DNA from: Octopus sinensis
Lineage: Eukaryota
Reading direction: 5' to 3'
Assembly: GCF_006345805.1 (NCBI RefSeq)
Contig: NC_043001.1
Coordinates: 32,054,001-32,118,000 of the forward strand
Length of the DNA stretch: 64,000 nt
Shown here: in pieces, positions 25,727 to 38,554 of the stretch
Position numbering within the stretch: position 1 is the stretch's first letter
How the letters are laid out: each line of letters opens with the position of its first letter
Program-made: the position numbers and the translations under genes
The notes under the pieces: generated by a model
Seen by the model: only the letters and a program-made list of their open reading frames with translations
Told to the model about the DNA's origin: nothing
Database searches by the model: none

Positions 25727-25793
<67 letters not shown>

Positions 25794-26174
25794 GCATGTA
25801 TATTAAATATACTATAGATTTGTATCTTGACTGTATATCTGTGTTCCATTTATATATATATGTATATTTATATAAGATACTATTGCATCGCATGCTGAAA
25901 AACCTTTTCCTTTTTCTCAGTATATACCTCTTAACTATGTGACAAAAACATATGGCTTAATAACAATTAACTCATTTAAACAATATAAATGGCTTATTCA
26001 AATTCATTATAAATTTGAAATTAAAATCCAAAGGACAACATTTCAATAAACCACAACAGTAACAAAAATTCCCCATTCAATTGCAAGAAAAGATATCTGA
26101 AACTCATTTCTTTCACTTTAATTAAAATTATCAATAAAATAAAATAGGCAATTGAACATTTTAGAACGGTCATG

Positions 26175-26216
<42 letters not shown>

Positions 26217-26233
26217 CCGTATATATATATACG

Positions 26234-26282
<49 letters not shown>

Positions 26283-26449
26283 AATATATATATATATATA
26301 TATATATATAATGTATATATATATATGTATGTGTGTGAGTGTGTGAGTGTGTGAGTGTGCGTGTATACATATATTATGTATGTATGAATGTATGCATGTA
26401 AGTCTATAAATGCATAGATTTATATGTATGTATATATTATATACATGTA

Positions 26450-26486
<37 letters not shown>

Positions 26487-26495
26487 CTATATATA

Positions 26496-26559
<64 letters not shown>

Positions 26560-26571
26560 ATATAATATACG

Positions 26572-26610
<39 letters not shown>

Positions 26611-26809
26611 ATATATATATATATATATTATATATGTATATATCTATATGTATGGTGTGAGTGTGTGAGTGTGTGAGGTGCGTGTATAATATATTATGTA
26701 TGTATGAATGTATGCATGTAAGTCTATAATGCATAGATTTTAGATGTATATATATACATGTACATAATATATATATATATATATATATAATATATATATA
26801 TATATAATA

Positions 26810-26871
<62 letters not shown>

Positions 26872-26963
26872 TATATACAAATGAGAGAGTGAGAAAGCGA
26901 TAAATAGAGATATATATACATATACGCACAAACACACATATATCTATCTATATAGGTAAATAG

Positions 26964-27000
<37 letters not shown>

Positions 27001-27039
27001 TATGTATATATATATACACACATTACACACAAACATACA

Positions 27040-27070
<31 letters not shown>

Positions 27071-27080
27071 CATATAGACG
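26175..27080. repeat. (TA)n-dominated tract with a ~325-bp direct duplication
   Basis: gtgtgagtg...gtatgaatgtatgcatgtaagtctata occurs at ~26335 and ~26655. Confidence 0.85.
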
Positions 27081-27621
27081 TATGTGTATACATGTGTACA
27101 CATTGATCATATTTAATCAATTGGCCTCAGTATCACGTAACTTTGGATCTAATCAGTAATATGAACATAGAACTACATCTAGATGATTCCAACACGCACA
27201 CATGCGTACACATGCATACCACGTCCATACACCTACCTACACACACACACGTATGTGTCTGAGGGTGCATGACCAAGTGGTTAGGGTGTTGGACTCACGG
27301 TCGAGAGATTGTGGTTTCAATTCCTAGACTGGGTGGCACAACGTGTTCTTTAGAAAATCATTCAGCTTACTATGCTCTAGGATCACTTTGACACCTGACA
27401 CGTTGTACACAGGGAACCTGTTCAGACAACGTTGATCTGATGGTGAGTGTGAGCTAATGAGTGGTACGAACATTTGATCACTATAAACGAATCAGGTTTT
27501 GTGCAGGTCGTTCGTCAAAATCTGATCGCTTAAACGTCATATTCGATGGGAGAGTCTATCATGTGTGTGTTTGTGTACACACACACACACCACGCACACA
27601 CACACACACACACACACAAAA

Positions 27622-27669
<48 letters not shown>

Positions 27670-27801
27670 GTACTCACACAGACTTCACAGCTCTTTCATC
27701 TGAACGTATTGCTATTAATTTAATTAGGGCTTGAATCAGTGCTTGCCGAAACATAAGTATCTTCAAACTGTTAATCCATCCATCCATCCATCCATCCCTC
27801 C

Positions 27802-27850
<49 letters not shown>

Positions 27851-27851
<1 letters not shown>

Positions 27852-28685
27852 TGCATCCATCATCTATTATTTGATCGTCATGCCTTGTTCCGATCCTACC
27901 ATCACCAAACTGGAACTCATACACTTCCGCTTTTTGTTGAAGGAAAGCGTTCCGATGGTTAGGCAACCTAATTGCTGTCAAACCCTGGTAAATGGCTGAC
28001 TGGGCATGCCGCGGTTCACGACGCGCAGATATACGCTGAGACTGCGACATCTCCGGCGCTTCATAGACGACGGTGAACAGGTGTGGTCACCGTTTGTGAG
28101 GCGCGCTTTTACCGCAGCTCGTCTCTTTGGCCGAACTGCAGTCATGGATCAAACAGAGACCGAGGCTAGTGCCGCCCTCTCAAGCAACTCTGCCGTCCGT
28201 GACCAACCTGTGCGACTTCAATTCCACGAAGACGTTCTATAGAGGATTAGTGGAGAGGAGGTGCGACGACGTTCTTCGGGAGAATCTGGGCGTCGACAAG
28301 GAACACCTGACCCGCCTCTTCAGGACCACTTTCGAGTTGGGACCTATGGACAATCACCAGTGATCCCTGGCCTGGCAGTGCTATCGGAAAGTATTTCCCG
28401 TTCGAGATAAGCTCTACAGGCACGGTTCGAGATACACGGGACCGACTTGCTCGAGATGCGGTCAGAGCGACGAAACCGTTCTGCTAACACTTGTGCAGTG
28501 TCCAACCATTTTAGATCTGTGGGCTTATGTCGAACGGCTGCTGTACCGTGTAGGATGAATTCGGTTATCGGCCGAGTCTATCGTGAATATTGCCTCGCCA
28601 CCTTCCTTTAACCGGGAAGGCAAGGTAGTTTTCATTGTACTGGTGGCTATGGTGGAAGAATGTGTGTGGTGGACTCGTGTAGAAT
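27851..28685 (+). mobile_element. Tx1/L1-type LINE ORF2 fragment with C-terminal CCHC region, 5' end abutting (TATC)n, 3' end lost
   Basis: PTITKLE..FRFL, LGMP, SLAWQCYR..PVRDKLYRHG, CSRCGQSDET....QC; homologous to 41479-42440. Confidence 0.85.
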
Positions 28686-29396
28686 ATCAAGTTCTGTCCT
28701 CAAAGAATGTATATATGGCAATGAAATGAAGAAGTCGTATATGTTAAGTTTGGAACCATGGCATTCCTAAGTCTATCAATGTTTCAAGACGTTCTCGGCT
28801 TAATCATCAGGATGAAATAACTTTTGAGGTTCGAACCTAAACATCGCTTCATATATATTCTGCTCAAGTCGTACAGGTACTTACTGTTTATTCACTCTCG
28901 CCAAAAGATAATAAGCTAATGATTGACCCATTGGAAAAACCTATAGTCAACGACGCTGTTGTTCACAAAGCATATAAGATTAACAATAAAAAAAATGGGA
29001 AAAAAATATATTCCAATTCCAGTGGGATAATATGTTGGAAAAAAGAGTAACACATTTCAAATAAAGTAAATTTGTTGATTATTTTTTTTAAAGAATCATT
29101 TGTTTAAAATGGTGCATCTGAAGTTACAACTACCATGGCGAGACATCAGCTAGGTAGTTATCAAAGTAATCAGATATAATACAGATGTTGAAAAAAAAAA
29201 AAAATTAAAAAAGAAAAAGAAAAAAAGAACAGAACGAGCAAAAAAAAGTAAGTAAATAAAAAAACGAACAAAAACAAAACAAGCCATTCGGTAGAACCCA
29301 CAGACATACTTATAATATATGTTGTAGCGAGACAGGAAGAGAGGGAAGAAGGGGGCGAGTGAGAGGAAAATAATTCTTCGTCTCCACCTCTCTTTC

Positions 29397-29428
<32 letters not shown>

Positions 29429-29610
29429 TGTATGTATGGATGGATGGATGGATGGATGGATGGATAGATGATGCACTTGTATGTATGTATGTATATGTAT
29501 CAATGTATATAGTGTGTGTCTGAGAGTATGTGTATGTGTGAGTGTGTCTGTGACTGTGTGATAAAGTCAGTCACTAATAATAATATTGTATTTGTCTGTC
29601 TCGGCCTCCT

Positions 29611-29700
<90 letters not shown>

Positions 29701-30243
29701 AGAACCGCAGTCGTATGAAAATGACAAATATATCGTTTGATGATGTCATTGGTAATAGTACTTCGTGTGCACAGTGTACAAACGCCTTTTTCGTAAGACA
29801 TAAATTTATGTAATCCAATGAAGTGAGCCACATATATTACTGTTACTATGTACGGAAGGAATGTAAGACGACGCTGTACTTATGCAAGGTGACGCTTTAC
29901 TACGTGTACTACTATAAGCAAAAGGGCTGAAATTTTGAGGGAAGTGTATTGCCGATTACTATCGACTCTAGTCTTCAATTGGAACTCACTTTATCGAGAC
30001 CCCGAAAGGGTGAAAGGCAAAATCGAAAGGCCTGAAATTTTGGGGGCGGGGACTAGTCGGTTACATCGACCCTAATATTTGGATGCTACTTAATTTATCG
30101 ATCCGAAAAAATGAAAGTCAAATTCGACCTGGGCAGAATTTGAACTCGGAACGTAAGGCCGGACGAAATGCCGCTAATCATTCGCTCGGCATGCTACCGA
30201 TTCTTCCTGCTCGTTGCTTTAGATAATAATAATAATAATAATA

Positions 30244-30283
<40 letters not shown>

Positions 30284-30880
30284 TGCTCAATACCACAGAT
30301 TTGCTTGTCAGTTGTTTGACCGTAACTATTTGAGCATGTCCCTTATTGGCTGACGATATGTGCATCTCTTATCACGAGCAGTAGTGCGGAGTCATCATTG
30401 TTATGTGCTGAGAGGGATTCTTTGGGGTTTGAATAATTCACCTCTGCAAACATCGGTGTTTTGTTCAACATCTTTGAACAACCCTTATTCAGAGACCTTT
30501 TGAGCGGGATTAGCTACTCGACTTGAAGAAAATTCTATCTGCGCCCCAACTTCAATGTCATGCAATGTTTATCTTGATTGTTTATCAGATTGGATTTCAA
30601 CACCACCTTCACCCTTTTTTGATGCGCCTCGCTGACCTTCACTTTCATTTCTGGGTGTAGAATGTCATCCAGCTCCAAAATCCCTAAATATCTATACCCA
30701 CTACCGTCGGGTTCACCCATGGTCTCTCCTGATGGTAACCGCAATTCTCTGCAGGGTGCAACATATGGTTGTGATGCATGCGCCTAATGTACCCTTATCA
30801 GACAGGTAGTCATGATGTGTATACAGGGATTCGTATATCTTACCCCAGAGCCACTTTGATGGCAGGCACTGCTCTCTCAC
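30284..30880 (+). mobile_element. Non-coding (AAT)n-flanked element D, interrupted by an inverted LINE fragment
   Basis: Collinear with 35224-35780 and 54428-54787. Confidence 0.85.
30580..30758 (-). mobile_element. Inverted R4/Dong RT fragment inside element D
   Basis: LPSGETMGEPDGSGYRYLGILELDDILH; near-identical reverse complement of 31258-31430. Confidence 0.9.
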
Positions 30881-30913
30881 GCAGTGATTATGATGATGAT
30901 GATGATAATAATG

Positions 30914-30967
<54 letters not shown>

Positions 30968-30974
30968 TAATAAT

Positions 30975-33900
30975 AATAATAGATATTCCAAGGTGACACG
31001 TCTTCTACGTTACTATTTGTAATTGCACTAATACACATAAAAATAACATTTAGGAAATTTAAGATGGGTTACCAATGTGGGAAGGAAGGCCCATCATTGA
31101 ACAATCTTCTGTTTACAGATAACCTGAAATTGTTTGGGAAATCTGAAAAACAGATATATTCCTTAACCAAAACAGTCCAGAAATGTGGTACGGAGTTTGG
31201 TATGAAATTTGGAATCACCAAATGCTCAGTACTTAATATGAAAAGAGGTAAGAAAGCACCCTGCAGAGAATTGCGGTTACCATCAGGAGAGGCCATGGGT
31301 GAACCCAACGGTAGTGGGTATAGATATTTAGGGATTTTGAAGCTGGATGACATTCTACACCCAGAAATGAAAGTCAAGGTCAGCGAGGCGTATCAAAAAA
31401 GGGTAAAGATGGTGTTGAAATCCAATCTGAATGCCAAAATTTGATTACCGCAATGAATATCTGGGCAGTTGCGGTGATCAGATATAGTGCGTCCCTCCTC
31501 AAATGGACTAAGAAGGAAATATCAACACTGGATCGAAGGACGAGAAAGTTGATGACGTTGAGAGCAGAAAGGTAAGAATTAAAACCAAAGAGAATAGTAG
31601 ACAGGAGGAACAGGGGAATGGTGATGAGGCTGTTAAGGATGAAGAACAGGAACGTTATACAGTGAACCCTGATACTGTGGTGGGTGGACATGCAGGGGAA
31701 ATGAACCAACTAGATAATGAATTACTTGAAATTAATTCAAAGACGACTCACCGATTTGATGATTGCTCTAGAAGAAAAAGTCCCCATGAATATGAGAAGG
31801 ATAGATAGGAGTATGATAAATAAAGTAACACAAAAGATAAATATTGTTATAACATACGTCCAGACGGAGGACGTAATACAAAGAAGGGATCTTCTCCGAG
31901 CTATTGTGCTACTTGTTGAGGAGAAATTACAACTTAAGAGAACAAAAAAATGGTGGATCAAAAGAACCATGGTGGAAATGATGCATTGAAATGGATGTAA
32001 TGCTAGCGAGGCCAGATCTAGGAAAAATTGAGCAATGTTTAAGAGGGAACTGGAAAACTAGGAAAAAGACCGACCGAGAAAAACTAGAGAAGAAATTTAA
32101 AATACAGAAGAAAGAGTTTGGTGCAGTAATAGAGCAGTTAAAACAGAGGATCATGGCAAAAAGCCAGAAGATCAGAAGAATTGGGAAAAGAAATAAGCAG
32201 TTCGAGGAAAAAAGATTGTTCAAAAATAACCCAAAGCAATTCTTCCGACAATGGGGAAAATCTTGCTCCTGATGCAAATCAAGCCAAGGAGTTTTGAAGC
32301 AGATTATGAGAAAATAATGGGGTGCATAAAAGGGATGGAATGTGGATAGGAACTATCAAGTCAAAATTTCAAGGAGTAATATTTTTATAAGCACGGGTGA
32401 TGTGAAAGAACAAGTGGGTAAAGTGCCTAGGATTCATGGCTTCTGGATGAAAAGATGCCACGACGTGCATGAAAGACTAGCAGCCCAATTGAATGAGTGT
32501 CCAGAAAGGTACAGTCCCCGCGTGAATGTTGACTAGGATGACAACATTTGTAATGAAAGGCAGAAGAAAGGGGAATATTGTGGGAAACTACCGTCTCATA
32601 GCATGCCTAAACATAATCTGGAAGATACTCACTGGAATACGTGCGGCAAAGACATATATTCCCCTGGCACAGGAAGAAATAATACCAAGGGAACAAAAAG
32701 GATGTAGGCAGAGTTCTCAGGGTACCAAAGATCACCCGGTCATCGACAAAACAGTTTTGAGGCATTGTAAAACCATCATACAAACATGTCTATGGCTTGG
32801 ATTGACTTTAAAAATGCATATGATATGATGCCTCATTCTTGGATCGTTGAATGCTTGCGGATGTTTGGTGCTGCTGACATCACAAATTTTCTGATGCATA
32901 GCATGAAAGAGTGGAAAACCAAATTGTACTCAAGTAATGCATTCCTTGGAGAAGTTAATATTAAAAGGAAATCTTCCAAGGTGACTCGTTTTCTCTGTTA
33001 CTTTTTGTAATTGCACTAATACCCATAACAATAACACTTAAGAAAGTTAAGATGGGTTACCAATGTGGGAAGAAAGGCCCATCATTGAACTATCTTCTGA
33101 AATTGTTTGGGAAATCTGGAAAAAAGATAGATTCCTTAACCAGAACAGTCCAGAAGTATAGTACGGATATCGGTATATAACCTGGGTGTACTTAATATGA
33201 AAAGAGCGAAGAAAGCATCCTGTAGAGGATTGCAGTTACCACCAGGAGAGACCCTGGGTGAACCCGATGGTAGTGCGTATAGATATATAGGGATTTTGGA
33301 GTTGGATGACATTCTACACCAAGAAATGAAAGTCAAGGTCAGCGAGGCATATCAAAAAAGGGTGAAAATGATGTTGAAATCGAACCTGAATGCCAAAGGT
33401 TTGTTAGATAAATAGTGATGAAGACCTGCTGCAATATGCCGCGAAAGATATATGGGTGTAAATGCAGATGAAATGATGGGTAAAGAAGAGTTTAACCAAA
33501 GAGCTGGGGAGAAGAGAAAAGAAGACCTTGAAATGAGAATGCATGGACAGTTTGAAAGGAATAAGGCTTAAGAATAATACAGCATTGTGGGTATGGCTTG
33601 AGCGAAGTGATTTGAAGCGTACCACCGAAAGCCTGATCATTGTTGCACAAGACCAGGCTCTCAGTGAAGTATAACATCTATAAAACTTCTGACACCCAGA
33701 AATGCAGACTGTGTGGAAAGAGTGTGGAAAATGGGACCCACTTGGTAAGTGGATGAGAGAGCCTTGCACAAAAAGAATACAAGCGCCGCCGCGATAAAAT
33801 GTTTGTGTATTTTCATTGGCTCTTATGCCGTAAATAGCAATAGGAAGTAACAGGGAACTGGTATGAGCATGTACGAAGTAACGTTATGCAGGAGGATGGA

Positions 33901-34325
33901 AAAGTAACGATACTCTGGGACTACGATTTTCAGACGGATCATGTAACCGAACAGTGTCGGCCAGAATGATCATATTGAATAAGATAGACAAATACTGTTA
34001 GATCGTTGATGTAGCTATACCAAATGACATGAATGTTGTGAGTAAAGAGGTTGAAAAAGTCACTAAGTACTTCGAATTGAAAGTGGAAATGGCAAGACTG
34101 TATCAAATACGAGAGGGTAATGTAAAAGTGGAGCATTGAGTTCAATCCCAAACCTCAAGACTCCTTAAAGCAACTGGGAATTCCATGTAAAATTGATGTC
34201 TTACACAAAGCAGTCTTATTGGGGACAGCGCTCATCTCAAGGAAAATATTATCTTTCTGAGGTTCTTGTGACTTGACAGATGACTAATGACTCCTGTGCA
34301 TTTTTACCTGTGCTGTGTTATGAAG

Positions 34326-34328
<3 letters not shown>
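30975..34328 (+). mobile_element. Rearranged R4/Dong-clade (RLE) non-LTR retrotransposon: RT C-terminal piece 30975-31560, then N-terminal, RT, zinc finger and RLE regions 31560-34260, 3' UTR and (AAT)n
   Basis: NYRLIACLNIIWKILT, EQKGCR..SQGTKDH, SMAWIDFKNAYD..PHSWI, IFQGD, YRYLGILE, KRSDLKRTTESLIIVAQDQ, ILWDY, IVDVAIPND..KE.EK..KY, KAVLLGTA; many stops and frameshifts. Confidence 0.9.
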
Positions 34329-34393
<65 letters not shown>

Positions 34394-34395
<2 letters not shown>

Positions 34396-34709
34396 CATAG
34401 CCATGTGTTGGGACGAATTCTTTGGGGTTTGGATAATTCACCTTCGGAAACATGGGTGTTTCGTTCAACATCCTTAATCCTTATTCAAGGACCTTTTGAG
34501 TGGGATGGGCTACTCGACCTGAAGAAAATTCTAACTGGACCCCACCTGCAAGGTTGCGCTGTTTATCTTGATATGAAATCATGTCGCGCACATAAGGTTG
34601 TGATGCATGTGCCTGGTGTGCCCTTATCAGACAGGTAGTCATGATGGGTATACTGGGCTTTGTATATTTTACCCCAGTGTCACTTTCATGGCATGCACTG
34701 CTCTCTCAC
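34394..34709 (+). mobile_element. Element D, 5'-truncated copy between (AAT)n arrays
   Basis: catagccatgtgttg...gcatgcactgctctctcac(aat)n. Confidence 0.88.
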
Positions 34710-34751
<42 letters not shown>

Positions 34752-34771
34752 TAATAATAATAATAATAATA

Positions 34772-35149
34772 AATCAGCAAAATGTGGAACCTGAAGATTA
34801 AAACAATACCTATTGTCATAGGTGCCCTGAGAATGATAGCAAAAGGGGCTGATTGCTACGTAACTCAGATACCAGGAAACCCCAAAATGGCAGAAACTCA
34901 AAAGATAGTGCTCATGGGAACTGCTCATATCCTACGCAAAATACTTTCGATGTAATCTCAAGTTTTAAAACAAACATAATGTTCGTATGTTTTTTCTTTA
35001 GACATTCACTAGTACAACACTAAATACAAAACGAAATATATGGCACACTAGGCATAACAACAACATGAACTTCCAACCTGTTGTCTCTTGAGGTCTCTGG
35101 GTGAGACTTGGAACCAAATTGTACAAATATAAAGCAAAAGTCAAACATA

Positions 35150-35150
<1 letters not shown>
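34772..35150 (+). mobile_element. R4/Dong 3' fragment with its own 3' UTR
   Basis: MWNLKIKTIPIVIGAL..QKIVLMGTAHILRKILSM*; (AAT)n on both sides. Confidence 0.88.
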
Positions 35151-35218
<68 letters not shown>

Positions 35219-35223
35219 TAATA

Positions 35224-35780
35224 AATGACCTGATGCAGTACCAGGCAGTGGCTCTCGTGGCTTCTGATCTTAACTGATTGGAAGTGTTATTATGTACATT
35301 GTTTTGTCTTGGTATAAAAGATGGGCTACAGCGAATATTCTGCTCAATATCACAGATTAGCTTGTTAGTTGTTTGACCTTAACCAGTTCAGCATGCTCCT
35401 TAGTGGCTGACGATATGTGCATCTCTGATCACGAGCAGAAGTAGTTGGGGAGCATCATAGCCGTGTGTTGAAAGGGATTCTCTTTGGGGTTTGAATAATT
35501 CACCTCTAGAAACATGGGTGTTTCGTTCAATATCCTTAAATAACCCTTATTCAGGGACCTTTTGAGCAGGATGGGCTACTCGACCAGAAGAAAATTCTAA
35601 CTGGGCCCCACTTGCAAGGTCATGTGCTGTTTATCTTGAAATAAGATCACCATGTCGAGCACATATGGTTGTGATGCGTGTACGTAGTGTACCCTTATCA
35701 GACGGGTAGTCATGATGGGTATACTGAGGTTTGTATATTTTACTCCAGTGTCACTTTGATGGCATGCACTGCTCTCTCAC
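35224..35780 (+). mobile_element. Element D, longest copy (~560 bp)
   Basis: aatgacctgatgcagtaccaggcagtggc...ctctctcac(aat)n; no coding similarity seen. Confidence 0.88.
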
Positions 35781-35845
<65 letters not shown>

Positions 35846-35846
<1 letters not shown>

Positions 35847-36286
35847 CCGATACACACAGATAGAGAAATTAAGGCCAACAGACCAGATATAGTTGTCAGA
35901 GATCATGAAGAAAAAAAATGCTTTCTAATTGATGTATCAATACCGGCAGATGACAACGTTTCTCTAAAATGGAGAAACTTTCAAAATACAAAGACCTGGA
36001 AATAGAGGTAACCAGAATGTGGAATCTAAAAACTGAAACAATTCCTATCTTAGTAGGTGCATTAGGCATGATAAAAAATATTCAAACAAATACATAACAA
36101 AAACACCAGGACTTACAAACACATATAACATACAGAAAATTGCACTACTAGGCACTGCACACATCCTACGCAGAGCACTTTCCATACAATAACCATCAGA
36201 GCATCACAACAAATCACAGCACATACCCATGGCACACAGAGCTGCGCTCGGTAGTGAAGTGAAAGCACGCTATAAAAATAAAACTA

Positions 36287-36289
<3 letters not shown>
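35846..36289 (+). mobile_element. R4/Dong 3' fragment with RLE domain
   Basis: TDREIKANRPDIVV..CFLIDVSIPADDN..KYKDLEIEVTRMW..QKIALLGTAHILR; 3' UTR ends aaaactactg(aat)n. Confidence 0.92.
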
Positions 36290-36358
<69 letters not shown>

Positions 36359-36989
36359 TGTTTTTGATTTAGCTTCATTGGCCAATATTTTAGTGGGAGT
36401 GGAGTTATTCAGCCTCCACCGATCAAAGTACTTGAGTGGTACTTCATGTTATCGGCTCCGAAACATCGCAACGCATATTTCCGTCGCCCTAATGATTCTG
36501 CCAGCTCACGATCTTACAGTAACAATAATAATCTCTTCTTTATTAGCCAAAAGGGCTCGAAAAATACAGAAAATACAAGGTAACATTAAACAGGGCGCAT
36601 ACAAAGACGTAGGTGTAGGACAGAGAAGATATGCAAACACGTGACAAAGTGTGAATGACGTTATCCAATATACAATTGCATGAATTAAAAATATATAAAA
36701 CAAAATTTCACACGACAATGCATAAAAAAATGAATGATAAATCACAATAATTAATACAAAATGTTTATATAGAAAATTTTAATCGCCATTTGCATTGCTT
36801 GGGCTACTTCACTTCCTTGATCATAGCTGCGGTGTGCTGCCTTATAATTTTGTTATAATTTGTTTCAATATTTTGCATGAGTAGTTCTTGCGATATTGTG
36901 CTTGTCTTCTGGATCGTTGCATTATATTCTGTTATTGCAAGGTTGTATAACATATGATCTCATTTATTTCCCGATCCATACTTCTTTTG

Positions 36990-38058
36990 GATATTCCTTC
37001 TGCGTATTAAATAAATATTTTATTAGGACTTTGTTATTTTTTTGGAATGACTGAATTTTATTTCTTTCTGCTCGGGGACTAGATTTATTTTACTACTCAT
37101 TGCTTCTCCTTCATCAGATTCAAATTCTTCATCAGTGTAAAGAGCTCTTCGTTCGCAGAAAGTATACTGCGCCTCGCATTTCTTTAAGCACTTTTTATCC
37201 TTTTTCCGTTGTTCTATAAGTTTTTTCAGAGTTTTATAGTTTAATTTTCTTCATCGCCCTCTTTTCGTTTCTCATCAGCATAAGTAGTTGAGCTGGTGCT
37301 ACTGTGAGGGGTTGCTTTCCGGTCATTTTGAGTTAGATGTTTTTGTTGTAATTGCATTCTCTGGTTGTGGGACTTCGTCATTCGCTCCTATAAATGGGGA
37401 CGTTTGAGTTCTATTTCCCGTCTCACAAGTTGTGCCAGATGTTGCCCTAGGATTAATAACCTCCATTATTCGTTCTAGTATTTTGTTCTTTTGGACATTT
37501 CTTGCAGAAACCTTTGTGATGGCTTTTGCTTCCACATATGTTACAGTTGGATTGCTCACCTAGATGTAAAACTTTAACCTTTTGTTCTCGGCATCCTCTA
37601 TAAGAAACAATTTCGGTTTTGCTTTGTGGCATCACGAAATAAAAAGCAGCTGTATATCGAAGGTGGTCCTACCCGATCCCATACAGGTAAGAGATTTGCA
37701 CTTACTACCTGCCCATACTGTGCCCAAAAAATGCATGCTAGCCAGCGGTCAACATCCTCCTCGTGGAGGTGACTGTTGTGTTTTCCCTTCCAAATATTGT
37801 GAAACCACCTTGTGAATATTTTTAGGATTTAGCGTTTGCTCCATCTTTTATTTTTAAAATGACAAAGACCTTGCCGGATATCTTCCTACCTCCAATGAAG
37901 GATATTTGATTATAAATATCTGCTAGGACGAATTCCAATGGAAATTTGAACGGAATTAAGAATCCTGTACAGAATGTTATCTGCTTTGCAAAGATTAGCA
38001 GTCTGATTTCTAATAACCATTTTAGCATGAAATTTTTCTTTTCTTCAAAGACAAACAA
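36990..38058 (-). pseudogene. Decayed LINE ORF1-like region with a CCHC zinc knuckle (Tx1/L1-like)
   Basis: CNICGSKSHHKGFC is CX2CX4HX4C (37504-37545), preceded by IVSYRG and an RRM-like FWAQYGQVVSANL, followed by a K/E/S-rich tail; frameshifted. Confidence 0.6.
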
Positions 38059-38554
38059 AGAAAAAGAATATTACCTAATTTAGCGATCTAATTGTATTCA
38101 AAGCTACTTTCGTACCATTTTTTAATTCAAATAACTTTTTCTAGGCTTCCATTAAAAAATATGAAAACACACTTCTTGATATTTTAAATACATTTTCAAA
38201 CTTTTTTTATCATATAGAACAACTCAGAGCAACCATATCATCCATTCTTTCTACGTACAATATCAGTTTTTTTATTCTTTTTGTCTGAGATGTTGGCTGT
38301 TAAGAATAAAAGATGGAAATATGGAAATTTTCACTTTCGCTTTTCATACAACTCTATGTGAGACGTCGTAGAACATTTTCATTTCCGAATAAATGCCATC
38401 AAGATATTGCGGAGGCGGTATTATAGCATTTGGAGCAAATAACCTACACAAACTGCGATATGTAAGACACTTACGACACTCTAACACGCAAATCTATTAA
38501 AACATATTCGACTCATTATTCTGTTCTGATCTGTGCATTTCTAAAGTTATATAT

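Noticed and set aside
26335-26760. ~325-bp direct duplication in the (TA)n tract
   Set aside because: Slippage or assembly artefact in low-complexity DNA; no functional signal
28770-28815. Minus-strand CTGATGA...GAAAC
   Set aside because: Stems II and III and the NUH site cannot be formed convincingly
29700-29830. CCAAT and TGATGTCA motifs in unique sequence
   Set aside because: Short motifs expected by chance; no linked gene
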